The translations under genes and the position numbers were made by a program. From Phycisphaerae bacterium (GTDB lineage: Bacteria > Planctomycetota > Phycisphaerae > UBA1845 > Fen-1342): 64,000 nucleotides of DNA. Numbering within the stretch: the stretch's first letter is position 1; every line of letters begins with the position of its first letter. Location: NCBI GenBank assembly GCA_050115495.1, contig JASFQK010000025.1:1-64000 (forward strand). Direction: 5' to 3'. A model generated the notes under the pieces. The model did no database searches and was not told where the DNA came from. It saw only the letters and a list, made by a program, of their open reading frames with translations. Shown here one piece after another: positions 51,539-61,365 of this stretch.

Positions 51539-53134
51539 CTAGAGCTTCTTGAGCTTCTGCTTGCGGGCCTTCTCGCGCGCTTCCCGCTCTTCCAGGTGCT
51601 TCTGCAGGGTGCGCAGCTGCACCTCGACGTCCACCGCCTTGCGGAAGTCGCCGTCGCGGCTGGTCACCGTTCGCAGGCTGCCCTGCTTGGCCAGGTACGG
51701 CCGCACGCCGTCGACCTCGAGAGCGTTCAGCGCCGCCACGAACTGGCCCGGCACCTCCCACTCCGTCGCCAGCACCTTCTTCAGCGTCATCTTCGCCTGC
51801 CGCGCGTCCAGGGACATCTGCTGCACCAGCATGTCCTTGCCCGGCTCCACGGCCGCTTCGGCCAACTGCCGCAGGTGCTCCGGCCAGACGGCGTCCACCT
51901 GCCAGTCCTCCACGGACTCGACCATGTTCTCGATCTTGACGTAGCTCTCCAGCTCTTTGCGAATCTTGGATGACTCGCTCCGGATGGTCCGCAACTCGGC
52001 GCTGCGCCGCATGTAGAGCGACGCGTCCGTCACCGCCGCCGCCACCAGCACGACCCCCGCCGCCATCGCCCCCATCCGCAGCCGGCGCTTCAGCACCGCC
52101 CGCGGCGGAACCGGCTTCTTCGGATTCAGAAAGTCGATCGCCAGCGAGCCGTCCCGCCCCAGTCCCCAGGCCAGGCCCAGCGGTGCGGCGAAGGAACGCA
52201 GCTTGACCGAGTCCTCCACCGGCGCGCCCAACGCTTCCGTCGGGTCGAACAGCATGCCGCGCACGCCGAAGCGGCGATCCGCCGCCTCCAGCAGCGCCGC
52301 CTCCACGCCCGTTCCGCCGGCCACGACGATGCGGTCGATGACCGCCTCCGGCTCGTTGGCCCGGTAGGCCTGCAACGTGCGGGTGATCTCGACGGTGAGC
52401 TCGCGTACTGCCGCCTCGACAGCGTCGTCGGCGCCTTCCAGGTCGGTCACGTCGGCCAGCGACGTCAGCCGCGAATCCTCGGTCGACGCCTCCGCCGCCA
52501 TCGGTACGGTCACGTTGGCCGAGCGGGCGAAGACCAGTTGCCCGCTGATCATGATGTCGATCTCGGCCGTGGTCGGGCCGACGTTCACGAAGAGCACGCG
52601 CTGGTCGGCGAGACCGGCCAGATGATTGACGCTGACCAGGCTCGAATAGGGCCGCAGGCCAACACGGGCCGCGGTCAGCCCGGCCGCCGTGCAGGTGGCC
52701 TGCACCGCTTCGAGCGCCTCGCGCGGCACCGCCGCCAGCAGCACCTCCGTGGTCAGGCCGCGGTCATCGCGGGCCCGCACCACGTAGTCGATGGCCGCCC
52801 CTTCCAGCGGGAAGGGCAGCTCCTTCATCGCCTGGAACCGCACCGCTGCGGCCACCTCATGGGCCGGCGTCGGCGGCAGCGTCAGCCGATTGATCACCGC
52901 CTTCTCACGCGGGATGTCCACCACTGCCCGCGTGTGGTGCCAGTGGTGGCGGCGCACCATCTGCTGAATGAACTCGCCCAGCGCCTCCGGGTTCTCCACG
53001 TCCACCGTCTTCGGAATGCGGTGCGAGTGGGCGTCCTCCAGCGTCATCTGCCCGCTACCCAGGCGAGCCACGACCAACCGGAGCGACGACGCGTCCCAGT
53101 CGAGGCACAGCACTTTCCGCGGAAGTTTCGTCAC
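51539..53134 (-). CDS. GspL-like protein (PilM actin-like domain fused to PilN-like TM/periplasmic part)
   Basis: LCLDWD, ELPFP, VLLAAV, VNVG, VAGG, GLAWG, IDFLNP, then TM and coiled coil. GTG start at 53134. Confidence 0.82.
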   Translation of the reverse strand: MTKLPRKVLCLDWDASSLRLVVARLGSGQMTLEDAHSHRIPKTVDVENPEALGEFIQQMVRRHHWHHTRAVVDIPREKAVINRLTLPPTPAHEVAAAVRFQAMKELPFPLEGAAIDYVVRARDDRGLTTEVLLAAVPREALEAVQATCTAAGLTAARVGLRPYSSLVSVNHLAGLADQRVLFVNVGPTTAEIDIMISGQLVFARSANVTVPMAAEASTEDSRLTSLADVTDLEGADDAVEAAVRELTVEITRTLQAYRANEPEAVIDRIVVAGGTGVEAALLEAADRRFGVRGMLFDPTEALGAPVEDSVKLRSFAAPLGLAWGLGRDGSLAIDFLNPKKPVPPRAVLKRRLRMGAMAAGVVLVAAAVTDASLYMRRSAELRTIRSESSKIRKELESYVKIENMVESVEDWQVDAVWPEHLRQLAEAAVEPGKDMLVQQMSLDARQAKMTLKKVLATEWEVPGQFVAALNALEVDGVRPYLAKQGSLRTVTSRDGDFRKAVDVEVQLRTLQKHLEEREAREKARKQKLKKL

Positions 53135-53168
53135 CGCCTGTCCCTTTCTGCACGCCACGGCAAACGCA

Positions 53169-54728
53169 TCACGGCTCGGTCCCGCCCATCTCCACGCCCG
53201 TGCCGGCAATCTCCTCGTTGTCGATCGGCCACGCCGGCCCCAGCCGGTTCAGGTCGCGGTAGTAGCGCACCTGGTCCAGCGGCCCGGCCATCTCGATCAC
53301 CCATTCAATCCGCTGTATCGCCTGCTGATGGTCGGCGTAGCCCAGCACTTCGACGTGGAACTGGTACGCCTTCGTCGTGATGTACGGAGCGATGGCGTGG
53401 AACGTCGCCACGTCCACCGCTTCGGCCATCATCGGCCAGGCCGTCGTCCGCCGGGCGTCGGCCGACAGTTGCGCCCGCGTCTCCACGAGCATCGCCGCCC
53501 CCTCCGCCGGCAGCCCCGGGATCAGCGCCAGCACGCGAACCGGCGCCGTGTTGACGTTGATCAGTCCCTCCAGCGCTTCCTGGGCCGCTTCGGTCGAACG
53601 CGTAGTGAAACGGTCCATCAGGTAGGGCAGCTCCTCGAGCGTCACCGGGCTCCCGGCGAGCGCCCCGCCGCCCTGGCCCTCTTCGGCCGCGAGCGCGTCC
53701 GCCCCCTGGTACAGCTCCGCCGGGCTCTGAAGCTGGCTGAAATTGAAGTTCTCTCCCTTGAGCTGGAGGATGTAGTTGATGGCCCCCTGGCACACGGCCA
53801 AGTCATCCTCGCTGAAGCACACGGCGATCTGCGCCTGGATCGACGCCGCGTCGAGGTTCAGGTTGATCCGTGGCTTGTTGTCCAGCGCGGTGTCCGGCTC
53901 GCTCGACCAGACCGTCAGGAACGGCGCGATGCCGCGGTTCAGGATCCCGTCCGCGTTGTCGTAGTACGGGAACGATCCCTCGCCATCGTCCTCGTTCGGA
54001 TCGAGGATGCCGTTGCGGTTGACGTCCTCGCCCCACAGCACCGCGGCGTTGAAGCCCTTCACCAGCAGCAGTTCCTCGATCGAATCGAACCGCCCGTTCT
54101 TCGCCTGGTACGGCGGCTCGAGCGTGTTGTAGTAGTCGCTGCTCTCCGCTCCGCCGTCGCGCGTGTCGTCGTCCTCGTCCCGCCAGTCCAGCAGGGCGTT
54201 GATCAGGTCTTCCGGATTCTCGACCTCCAGGTCGAACAGCAGCGGCCCCAGCAGTTCGCCGATCTGATCTTCCGTCGCCGTGTTCAGGTTCAGCTTGCTC
54301 GCCTCGGGCGTGACGCCGAAGCGCATCGAAGGCGTCTCGGAACCCGCCGGATCCTGGTAGCGGTCGGCCACGACGCTGAAGCGCCAGGCCGGCTCCGGCA
54401 CGTTCTGCGTGCGAAACAGCTCGGCCCGCGAACCTGTCTGCCGCACCGGATCGCTCTCGCGATCGTACGACCGCGCCCAGATCAGGGCGTGCCGAAAACG
54501 GCTCGGCCGGTCGAACCATGCCGACGCATCGTGCGGGCTCTCCCGCAGGATCGAGATCACCTCTTCCATCCCCGACTGCGCCGCCAGCCGCGCCTGCTGC
54601 CCCTCGCCGAAGGCCACCGTGCCGGCGTTTTCCGCCCGCACGAAAAAGATGAACCCCGCCATGGTCAGGGCCAGCAGCCCGATCAGCACGAGCACGATCG
54701 GCAGAATGATGCCGCGGCGATGGGCCAT
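53169..54728 (-). CDS. gspK: Minor pseudopilin GspK
   Basis: RRG|IILPIVL, EASKLNLNTA, LDWRDED, GAESSDYY, FDSIEELLLVKG, INVNTAP. Confidence 0.92.
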   Translation of the reverse strand: MAHRRGIILPIVLVLIGLLALTMAGFIFFVRAENAGTVAFGEGQQARLAAQSGMEEVISILRESPHDASAWFDRPSRFRHALIWARSYDRESDPVRQTGSRAELFRTQNVPEPAWRFSVVADRYQDPAGSETPSMRFGVTPEASKLNLNTATEDQIGELLGPLLFDLEVENPEDLINALLDWRDEDDDTRDGGAESSDYYNTLEPPYQAKNGRFDSIEELLLVKGFNAAVLWGEDVNRNGILDPNEDDGEGSFPYYDNADGILNRGIAPFLTVWSSEPDTALDNKPRINLNLDAASIQAQIAVCFSEDDLAVCQGAINYILQLKGENFNFSQLQSPAELYQGADALAAEEGQGGGALAGSPVTLEELPYLMDRFTTRSTEAAQEALEGLINVNTAPVRVLALIPGLPAEGAAMLVETRAQLSADARRTTAWPMMAEAVDVATFHAIAPYITTKAYQFHVEVLGYADHQQAIQRIEWVIEMAGPLDQVRYYRDLNRLGPAWPIDNEEIAGTGVEMGGTEP

Positions 54729-55558
54729 CAGAAGTTACCCTCCACGCCGAGCTGCTCCCCGAACTCCTTGCCCACGCGCTGCAACCGGCTCGAGAAGAAC
54801 CGGTCGGCCGCCGGAATCCGCACGATGATGCTGTAGCGGTCCGGATGGACCTGGTCGTCACCCAGCGGATAGTCGGCGATGGGGTACGTCGTCAGGTCCT
54901 GGTCTTCGTACTCCTCACGCAGCAACGGGTCGAACCCCACCGTGACCTGCACCAGTTGCGGCAGCGGGTTGCCCTCTTCCAGGTCCCACGTCGTCGTCCA
55001 TTCCACGCCGTCGAAGTAGCGGAACTCGAGGTAGTGCAGTTCCGGCGACCACAGATCATGGCGAAGCTGCTCCGGGTCCTCCTCGTCCACCAGGAACTGG
55101 TTCAGCGTCTTCTTCTCGACACGCAGCAGACCCTCCACCACCGGGTCGCCGTCTTCCGTCTCCTCGTCCGGGTTGATGTGCAGCATGTAGCTGAGCTCGA
55201 CCAGGTCGTGCTGGCCGGGCGGCAGCGTGTCGAACTCGCTGTAGAACTGGTACTGCTCGTCGGCCGGCAGCGCCGTCGTCACGAAGTGGATGCTGCGCCG
55301 GTCCCCTGTGAGCCGCGGCTCGACCGGAAAGCCAAACTGCTCCGTGCCCAGACAGCCGCGCAGCTCGGCGGCGATGCGGCTCAGCACCAGGCGGGCGACC
55401 TCCGTACGGTCGGCGATCGCCGCGGCCTGCTGCCGCATGTTGAGGCTCCCGAAGTAGAAGGTCAGCAGCGCACCGACGAGCATGGTGATCAGCGTGATGG
55501 AGATCACCACTTCGAGCAGGGTGAGGCCCCGCGTCGGCCGTCGGGCGCACTGCGTCAT
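54728..55558 (-). CDS. gspJ: Minor pseudopilin GspJ-like
   Basis: G|LTLLEV prepilin site; LEFRYFDG.EW...W...LP motif; gene order. Confidence 0.8.
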   Translation of the reverse strand: MTQCARRPTRGLTLLEVVISITLITMLVGALLTFYFGSLNMRQQAAAIADRTEVARLVLSRIAAELRGCLGTEQFGFPVEPRLTGDRRSIHFVTTALPADEQYQFYSEFDTLPPGQHDLVELSYMLHINPDEETEDGDPVVEGLLRVEKKTLNQFLVDEEDPEQLRHDLWSPELHYLEFRYFDGVEWTTTWDLEEGNPLPQLVQVTVGFDPLLREEYEDQDLTTYPIADYPLGDDQVHPDRYSIIVRIPAADRFFSSRLQRVGKEFGEQLGVEGNF

Positions 55559-56547
55559 CTGCCGCCTCTCTGCTGGCGCTCGAACTCGTCGCGCATGCGA
55601 ATGAGGTCCTCGATGGTGTACTCCGGCTCGCCGCCGGACTGCCCCTGCCCGCCGCCGCGGGCCGCGCCGGGACGCCCCTGTCCGCCGGCCGTGCCGCCGC
55701 CGCGCGTTCCTGACCGACCGCCTCGGCCGGCAGCGCCGCCCGCCACCGCCCCCTGGCCACCGCGACCGCCCTGGCCGCCACGACCACCGGGACCGCCGCC
55801 GCGCCCGATGTCCTGGAGGAACTGCCCGGTGATGTTGTCGCCCGAGCCTTCGTCCATGTCATTGACCATGCCCGTGATCTGTTCCTGGAGCGCGGCCAGG
55901 TCACCCATGCCACCGCCCTCGGCCCCGCCGAACTGCTGGAACAGCGGCAGGAGCGACGGCGCCATCTCCAGCAGCCCCGCCAACAGCTCCGGATTCTCCG
56001 TAAGCAGCGCGACCAGTTGCTGCGGATCGACGTTCGTCGGATCGAAGTCGGCCAGCGGCAGCAGCGCCTCGAACTCGGCCAGTTGCTCCTCGCCGACGCC
56101 GAAGTCCTCCACCAGGTTGATCCGCCCCGGCACCGCCTTCAGCAGGGCGACGCGGCGGACGAGCGAGCCGCCCTCCCGCGTTCCGTGCTGGTTCGGATCC
56201 TCCTGGTAATACACCTCGACCGTCACCAGCCCGAGCCCCGTCGCGTCCACGATGGGCTCCGACTCGATGCGCCAGTACCAGCCCGGGTACTGATCGCCGA
56301 AGTCGCCGTCGGTCTCTTCCTCGACCTGAAGCATCTCCTGGACCTCGGGATCGAGCTCGACCAGGGCCAGCAGCCGGTCGACGAACGCCGTCCCGCGGGT
56401 CGTGCGATCCATCGCCGCCGTCATGCGCAGCCCGCCGACGAGCTGTGCCCCGAGCACGCCCATCGCCGCCACCATGATCGTGAGGGCCACCACTACTTCG
56501 AGGAGCAGTGCGGCCCTCCGCCGATCGACACCGATCTGACCGGTCAT
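55555..56547 (-). CDS. gspI: Minor pseudopilin GspI-like with Gly/Arg-rich extension
   Basis: RRRA|ALLLEVVVAL, GDF...YPGWYW; lies between H and J. Start at the ATGA overlap (56553 is an alternative). Confidence 0.7.
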   Translation of the reverse strand: MTGQIGVDRRRAALLLEVVVALTIMVAAMGVLGAQLVGGLRMTAAMDRTTRGTAFVDRLLALVELDPEVQEMLQVEEETDGDFGDQYPGWYWRIESEPIVDATGLGLVTVEVYYQEDPNQHGTREGGSLVRRVALLKAVPGRINLVEDFGVGEEQLAEFEALLPLADFDPTNVDPQQLVALLTENPELLAGLLEMAPSLLPLFQQFGGAEGGGMGDLAALQEQITGMVNDMDEGSGDNITGQFLQDIGRGGGPGGRGGQGGRGGQGAVAGGAAGRGGRSGTRGGGTAGGQGRPGAARGGGQGQSGGEPEYTIEDLIRMRDEFERQQRGGR

Positions 56548-57242
56548 TGCCATGGCCCGCCCTCCAGCTCTTCCCAATCGTCCCAGGCGTCGTAGTCCGC
56601 GTTCGGGTCGTCCCACGGCTCCGGACGTTCCACCGACTCCGGGTCCAGCGGCTCGACCGGCACCACGCTGATCCGCCCCAGCCGACCGTCCAGCGTCATC
56701 TCCACGCCCCGGCCCTGCTGCTCGCGCAGGACCCAGCGCAGCGACGTGCTCGTCCCGTCCGGGCGAAACTCGATCAGCACGGGCCCGTCGTACTCCTCCA
56801 TCGGGATCGGCTCGAGCTCCAGGTCGTAGTCGTACCCGCGATCCTCGTACTCGACCACCTCGTCATCCAGGAGCACCGGCGGCGGCCCTTCCGGCAGCGG
56901 CGTCACCGACTCGACCCACACCGAGTCCAGCAGGATCGCCAGCCGCACCCAGTCGCTGCGCACGCGTCCGTAGAGCTGCGGCGCCCGGATCGGGTGCACC
57001 TGCTGCTCGACCTTCAGCGTGCCGTCCGGATGGATCGCCACGCGGTACATCCGCGACTGGTTCATGGCCTCCGCCCGGCACATGGCCACCAGCGAACGCA
57101 TGCGGCCCGTGGACTCGTCGAGCTGCCGGCTGCGGCTGACCGAATCAAAGTTCGGCCAGAGCACCATCGCCAGGACCGCCAGCAGGCTGATCACCAGCAG
57201 CAGTTCGACGAGCGTGAAGCCTTGCCGCATGCCTCTGGCCAC
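56544..57242 (-). CDS. gspH: Minor pseudopilin GspH/FimT-like
   Basis: G|FTLVELLLVI, CRAEA, IEFRPDG. Confidence 0.85.
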   Translation of the reverse strand: MARGMRQGFTLVELLLVISLLAVLAMVLWPNFDSVSRSRQLDESTGRMRSLVAMCRAEAMNQSRMYRVAIHPDGTLKVEQQVHPIRAPQLYGRVRSDWVRLAILLDSVWVESVTPLPEGPPPVLLDDEVVEYEDRGYDYDLELEPIPMEEYDGPVLIEFRPDGTSTSLRWVLREQQGRGVEMTLDGRLGRISVVPVEPLDPESVERPEPWDDPNADYDAWDDWEELEGGPWQ

Positions 57243-57268
57243 GATGGCTCCTTGTGCCGAATGACGCC

Positions 57269-57332
57269 GGACCCCGGCGCCGTGCCGGGGTCCTCCGCGC
57301 CGGCGATGCCGGTCTGCGCCGGCTCGCCGGCG
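57269..57332. terminator. Two tandem GC hairpins immediately after gspG
   Basis: Stems 57269-57278/57284-57293 and 57298-57306/57324-57332. Confidence 0.5.
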
Positions 57333-57788
57333 TTACTCTTCCGTCCAGTTCTTGATGTCGTCTTCGGTGCCGGACTCGCGGTCGGGGCCGGCGCTGGAGA
57401 GGTCGTAGCTGTTTTCGTTGTACGTGCCGGGGCACTCATAGATATAGTCGATGCCCCAGGAGTCCTTCAGATCGTCGGCCTTCTTGACGTACGGGCCGTG
57501 CCACTTCTTGGCTTCCTCGTCGTCATCCGGCTGCTCGTACAGAGCCATCAGCCCGCCGTCGTCCTCGCGGGGGTAACGACCCATGTCGACCTTGTACAGG
57601 TCGAGGGCGCCGTTCAGCCCACGGTCCACCGTGGACTGCACGAGACTGACCTGGGCGGCCTCGCGCCTCCCAAACAGGTTGGGCACCACGAACGCCGCCA
57701 GCAGCCCGATGATGGCCACGACCATCAGCACTTCCAGCAGCGTGAACGCCCGACGAATTCGCCTCACCCGCTTCTGCCTGCTCATCAT
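57333..57788 (-). CDS. gspG: Major pseudopilin GspG
   Basis: A|FTLLEV, ALDLYKVDMGRYP, WHGPY, DSWG, SAGPD...TEDDI.NW. Confidence 0.95.
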   Translation of the reverse strand: MMSRQKRVRRIRRAFTLLEVLMVVAIIGLLAAFVVPNLFGRREAAQVSLVQSTVDRGLNGALDLYKVDMGRYPREDDGGLMALYEQPDDDEEAKKWHGPYVKKADDLKDSWGIDYIYECPGTYNENSYDLSSAGPDRESGTEDDIKNWTEE

Positions 57789-57815
57789 GTTCTCTCCTGC
57801 TGGGCCACGCCTCGC

Positions 57816-59024
57816 CTACTGCTTCAACTGCGATGTCGCCATCAGCAGGATGGGCAGCAACAGGGCGATGGCAATGAAACCGATCATCACACCCATGAGT
57901 AACAACATCAGCGGCTCGAGCAGCCGCACCACGAAATCGATCTGCTGCGACGTGCGCTGTTCCTGCGTCTCGGCGATCTCGACCAACACCTTGTCGAGCG
58001 TGTTGCTCTCCTCGGCGACCGAGATCATGTCCACGATCACCGGCGGGAAGACCTTGCTCGCCGCCAGCGGTGCCGCCAGCGGCTCGCCGTGCCGCACGTT
58101 CTCCGCGGCCCGGTCCACCACCTCGGCCAGGATCGGGTTGCCCGTCGAGTCCTTGGCGATCTTCAGTGATTGCAGAATCGGAATCCCGTTCGCCAGCAGC
58201 GTGCCGAACACCCGGCAGAACCGGCACAGGGACACCATCGTGTACACGCGACCGAAGCCCGGCGCCCGCAGCTTCACCCGCGCCATGATCGCCTGCCCCA
58301 TCGCGCTCCGCAGGTAGGCCACGACCGCGCCGACGACCACCACCGCCGCACCCAGGATCACCAGGTAGTGCTGACGCAGCGCGTCGCTGACCCCGAACAC
58401 CACCCTCGTCGCCCAGGGCAGGGTCTGCCCCTCGAGCACGCCGCGCATCCCGGGCACCACGAAGGTCATGATGAACACGACCGCTCCGATCGCGCCCAGC
58501 AGCAGCACGCACGGATAGATCATCGCGCCGATGAACTTGTTCCGCAGCATGTCCTGCCGGTGCACGAACTCGGCCAGTCGCGAGAGCACGTCCTCGAGGA
58601 AGCCGCCCTTCTCGCCGGCGCGGATCATCGACGCGTGCAGTTCGGGGAAGGCGTGCGGGTGACGCGCCATGGCGTCCGCCAGCGAGTCACCGCCCGACAC
58701 ATCCTCTCGCAACTCGCGCAGGACGCGCGACAGCGCCGGCGACGCGCTCTGCTCGCACAGCACGCTCAGCGCCCGCAGCATCGGCACGCCGGCCCGCAGC
58801 AGGTCGGCCAGTTGCTCGTACATCAGACCGATCTTCGCCAGCTTCACCCGCCGCGCCCGGCCGGTCAGCAACGATCGATCCGCCGTCTGCACTTCGTCGA
58901 CCGCCACCGGCATCAGCGAACGGTCGCCCAGCAAACGGGTGGCGGCAGCCACCGTGTCGGCGACGAGGGTGCCTCGCGTCTCCTGTCCGGATAGGTCTCG
59001 GGCTCGATAACTGAACGTCGGCAT
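57816..59024 (-). CDS. gspF: Type II secretion inner-membrane platform protein GspF
   Basis: LLRAGVP, AGEKGG, AMIYP, LLANGIP, VAEES, LLEP, ALLLPI. Confidence 0.95.
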   Translation of the reverse strand: MPTFSYRARDLSGQETRGTLVADTVAAATRLLGDRSLMPVAVDEVQTADRSLLTGRARRVKLAKIGLMYEQLADLLRAGVPMLRALSVLCEQSASPALSRVLRELREDVSGGDSLADAMARHPHAFPELHASMIRAGEKGGFLEDVLSRLAEFVHRQDMLRNKFIGAMIYPCVLLLGAIGAVVFIMTFVVPGMRGVLEGQTLPWATRVVFGVSDALRQHYLVILGAAVVVVGAVVAYLRSAMGQAIMARVKLRAPGFGRVYTMVSLCRFCRVFGTLLANGIPILQSLKIAKDSTGNPILAEVVDRAAENVRHGEPLAAPLAASKVFPPVIVDMISVAEESNTLDKVLVEIAETQEQRTSQQIDFVVRLLEPLMLLLMGVMIGFIAIALLLPILLMATSQLKQ

Positions 59025-59325
59025 CGGCCTGCCTGGCTCCTGGGGCCGCCCCTACGGGCCCAATAACTATATACTCCCGCCGCACTTTATACCCATCGGC
59101 CGGCCCGTGGGTTGCACTGGCCCTCTCTGGTCGCCGTCTATCGGCCCGTACACGCTCCCGGCCGCCCGGCCGCGGCCGTCCACCAATGGTCCACTCGCCC
59201 CCGCCGGAACGCTTGTGCTTCCCGGCGAGGCGGCTAGATTATGGCCCAGAATCGCACCCGTGAGAAGCTGGCCCGACCCGAAGTCCTTATCGGCCGTCCA
59301 GCTTACCGTACAAGGAATATCCGTG

Positions 59326-60642
59326 ATGGAGCACATGCAAGACGCCCCTTCCTCCGAGGTCGGAACCTGGGAGGAGCTCGGCCTCAGTGCCGAATTGCTG
59401 GCCGCGGTCGGCGACGCCGGCTTCAAGGCCCCCTCCGACATCCAGTGGGCCCTCATCCCCCCGGCCCTGGCCGGCCGCGACTGTCTCGGTCAGGCCAAGA
59501 CCGGCACCGGCAAGACGGCCGCCTTCGCCATCCCCATCCTCCAGATGGTGACGCCCCGGCAGCCCGTGCAGGCCCTGGTCCTCGTCCCCACGCGCGAGCT
59601 CGCCGCCCAGGTCGATGAGCACGTCCGCACGCTCGCCGGCCGCCGCAAGTTTCGGACGGCCCTCGTCTACGGCGGGCAGCGCATCCAGACGCAGATCCGC
59701 CAGCTCAAGGCCGGCGCGGAGATCGTCATCGGAACGCCCGGTCGCATCCTCGATCTCATGCACCGCAGGGAGCTGGACATCGCGAACGTTCGCTTCGCCG
59801 TGCTCGACGAGGTGGACCGGATGCTCGACATCGGCTTCCGCGACGACATCCGCCGAATCCTCCGGGCGATCAAGGCGCCGCATCAGACGCTCTTCGTCTC
59901 GGCGACGATCACCGAGGACATCCGCCGGCTGGCCAAGTCGTACATGGAGAACCCCCTCGAACTGAACGTCTCGCAGGACGACCACCTCACCGTCGAGACG
60001 ATCGACCAGGCATACGTCACCGTCGATCCGCGCGACAAGGCCCAGACGCTGATCGGCTTCCTCCAGCACGAGAAGCCGAAGCTGGCCATCGTCTTCACCA
60101 ACACGAAGCACGCCGCCCGCCGCACGGCCGAGCGTCTGAAGATGGCCGGCATCAACTGCAAGGAGATCCACGGTGATCTGATGCAGTCCCGTCGCGAGCG
60201 CGTGATGAAGAGCTTCCGCAGCGCGAAGATCCAGGTGCTGGTGGCCACCGACCTCGCCTCGCGCGGCCTCGACGTGATGGAGGTCTCGCACATCGTCAAC
60301 TACGATGTGCCCGCCGACGCGGCGGCGTACGTCCACCGCATCGGTCGCACCGCCCGCATGGGCAAGCAGGGCTACGCCATCACCTTCGTCCGCCCGGACG
60401 AGGGCAATTTCCTGACCGAGATCGAGAAGCTGATCAACAAGGAGCTGCGTAAGCTCGACGCGCCCTGGATCGTGCCGCTGGCCCCGCAGCCGGTTGCACC
60501 GCCGGCGGCCGACGACGAGGAGCAGCGCTCGACCCGGTTCGCGGAGACGTTGCGTCGCTGCCGCGTGCTGGACGCGCACGGCGTCCAGCCGGTCCCGCGC
60601 ACGCTGGGCAGCCGTTTCCGCAGCAGCCGACGACGACGCTGA
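59326..60642 (+). CDS. DEAD-box RNA helicase
   Basis: Q motif, AKTGTGKT, PTRELA, TPGR, DEVD, SAT, SRGLD, HRIGRTAR. Confidence 0.95.
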   Translation: MEHMQDAPSSEVGTWEELGLSAELLAAVGDAGFKAPSDIQWALIPPALAGRDCLGQAKTGTGKTAAFAIPILQMVTPRQPVQALVLVPTRELAAQVDEHVRTLAGRRKFRTALVYGGQRIQTQIRQLKAGAEIVIGTPGRILDLMHRRELDIANVRFAVLDEVDRMLDIGFRDDIRRILRAIKAPHQTLFVSATITEDIRRLAKSYMENPLELNVSQDDHLTVETIDQAYVTVDPRDKAQTLIGFLQHEKPKLAIVFTNTKHAARRTAERLKMAGINCKEIHGDLMQSRRERVMKSFRSAKIQVLVATDLASRGLDVMEVSHIVNYDVPADAAAYVHRIGRTARMGKQGYAITFVRPDEGNFLTEIEKLINKELRKLDAPWIVPLAPQPVAPPAADDEEQRSTRFAETLRRCRVLDAHGVQPVPRTLGSRFRSSRRRR

Positions 60643-60663
60643 GAGAAAGGCCGTATTCCCCTC

Positions 60664-60780
60664 GGGTGGGTCGGGCGTCCCGCCCGACATTCGTTGGTCT
60701 CAAGGCAAGATTGGCGGGCGAGACGCCCGCCCCACCCGGGGTTGAGGATTGTCTCACAGGCTCAGACGCCCGCTCCACCC
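60664..60780. repeat. Inverted REP doublet between convergent genes
   Basis: GGGTGGGTCGGGCGTCCCGCCCGAC with inverted GGCGGGCGAGACGCCCGCCCCACCC, plus a third partial copy AGACGCCCGCTCCACCC. Confidence 0.75.
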
Positions 60781-60839
60781 AGAGTGGGGGTTGTCACACG
60801 TGCCCTCTCGCCTGCCCCTCGCGCAACATCTGCGCGACG

Positions 60840-61277
60840 TTACGCCTCTGGTTCGGCACCGCCCTCGGGGGCGTTGGGCCGCTGGATCACCTGGAACCGC
60901 CGACGGCCAAGCAGCTCGCTCGCGCACAGCACCTCGAACGCATACTGCCCCGGGGCGGTGATCCGCGTGCCGCGCATCGTGAACACCAAGTCCACGATCG
61001 CCAGCGGCGACGGCGCAGCGATCGGCCCGTGCGTGTGGAACAGCACCTGGTTGTCCGCATCGCGCACCAGCCGCAACTCGAGCTCGATCCGTGACTCGAT
61101 TTCCGTCAGGCTGGCCAGCACGACCATCTGGTTGATCGTCGCCGGCATCTTCGGCACCAGGATCGCGTTGAACAGCCCGATCGCGCTCTTCTTGCTGGTG
61201 ATCTTGTCGTCGATCACCTGATCGCAGATCAGCAGGGATACGAGCGTCGGCGGGGCGATCGGGGCACGTTCATCCAT
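60840..61277 (-). CDS. DUF6941-like hypothetical protein
   Basis: LLICDQVIDD..T.KKSAIGLF...PGQYAFEV pattern. ATG at 61277. Confidence 0.75.
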   Translation of the reverse strand: MDERAPIAPPTLVSLLICDQVIDDKITSKKSAIGLFNAILVPKMPATINQMVVLASLTEIESRIELELRLVRDADNQVLFHTHGPIAAPSPLAIVDLVFTMRGTRITAPGQYAFEVLCASELLGRRRFQVIQRPNAPEGGAEPEA

Positions 61278-61365
61278 ACCAGCCTCCTTGTCCTGTGCCC
61301 TATGATACTGCGGAGCGCGCCGGGACGCGCGGCCTTGCCCACCCGGCCGTATGGAGGACGATGCG

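Noticed and set aside
59800..59820. DEVD instead of DEAD in the helicase
   Set aside because: Common motif II variant; all other helicase motifs are intact.
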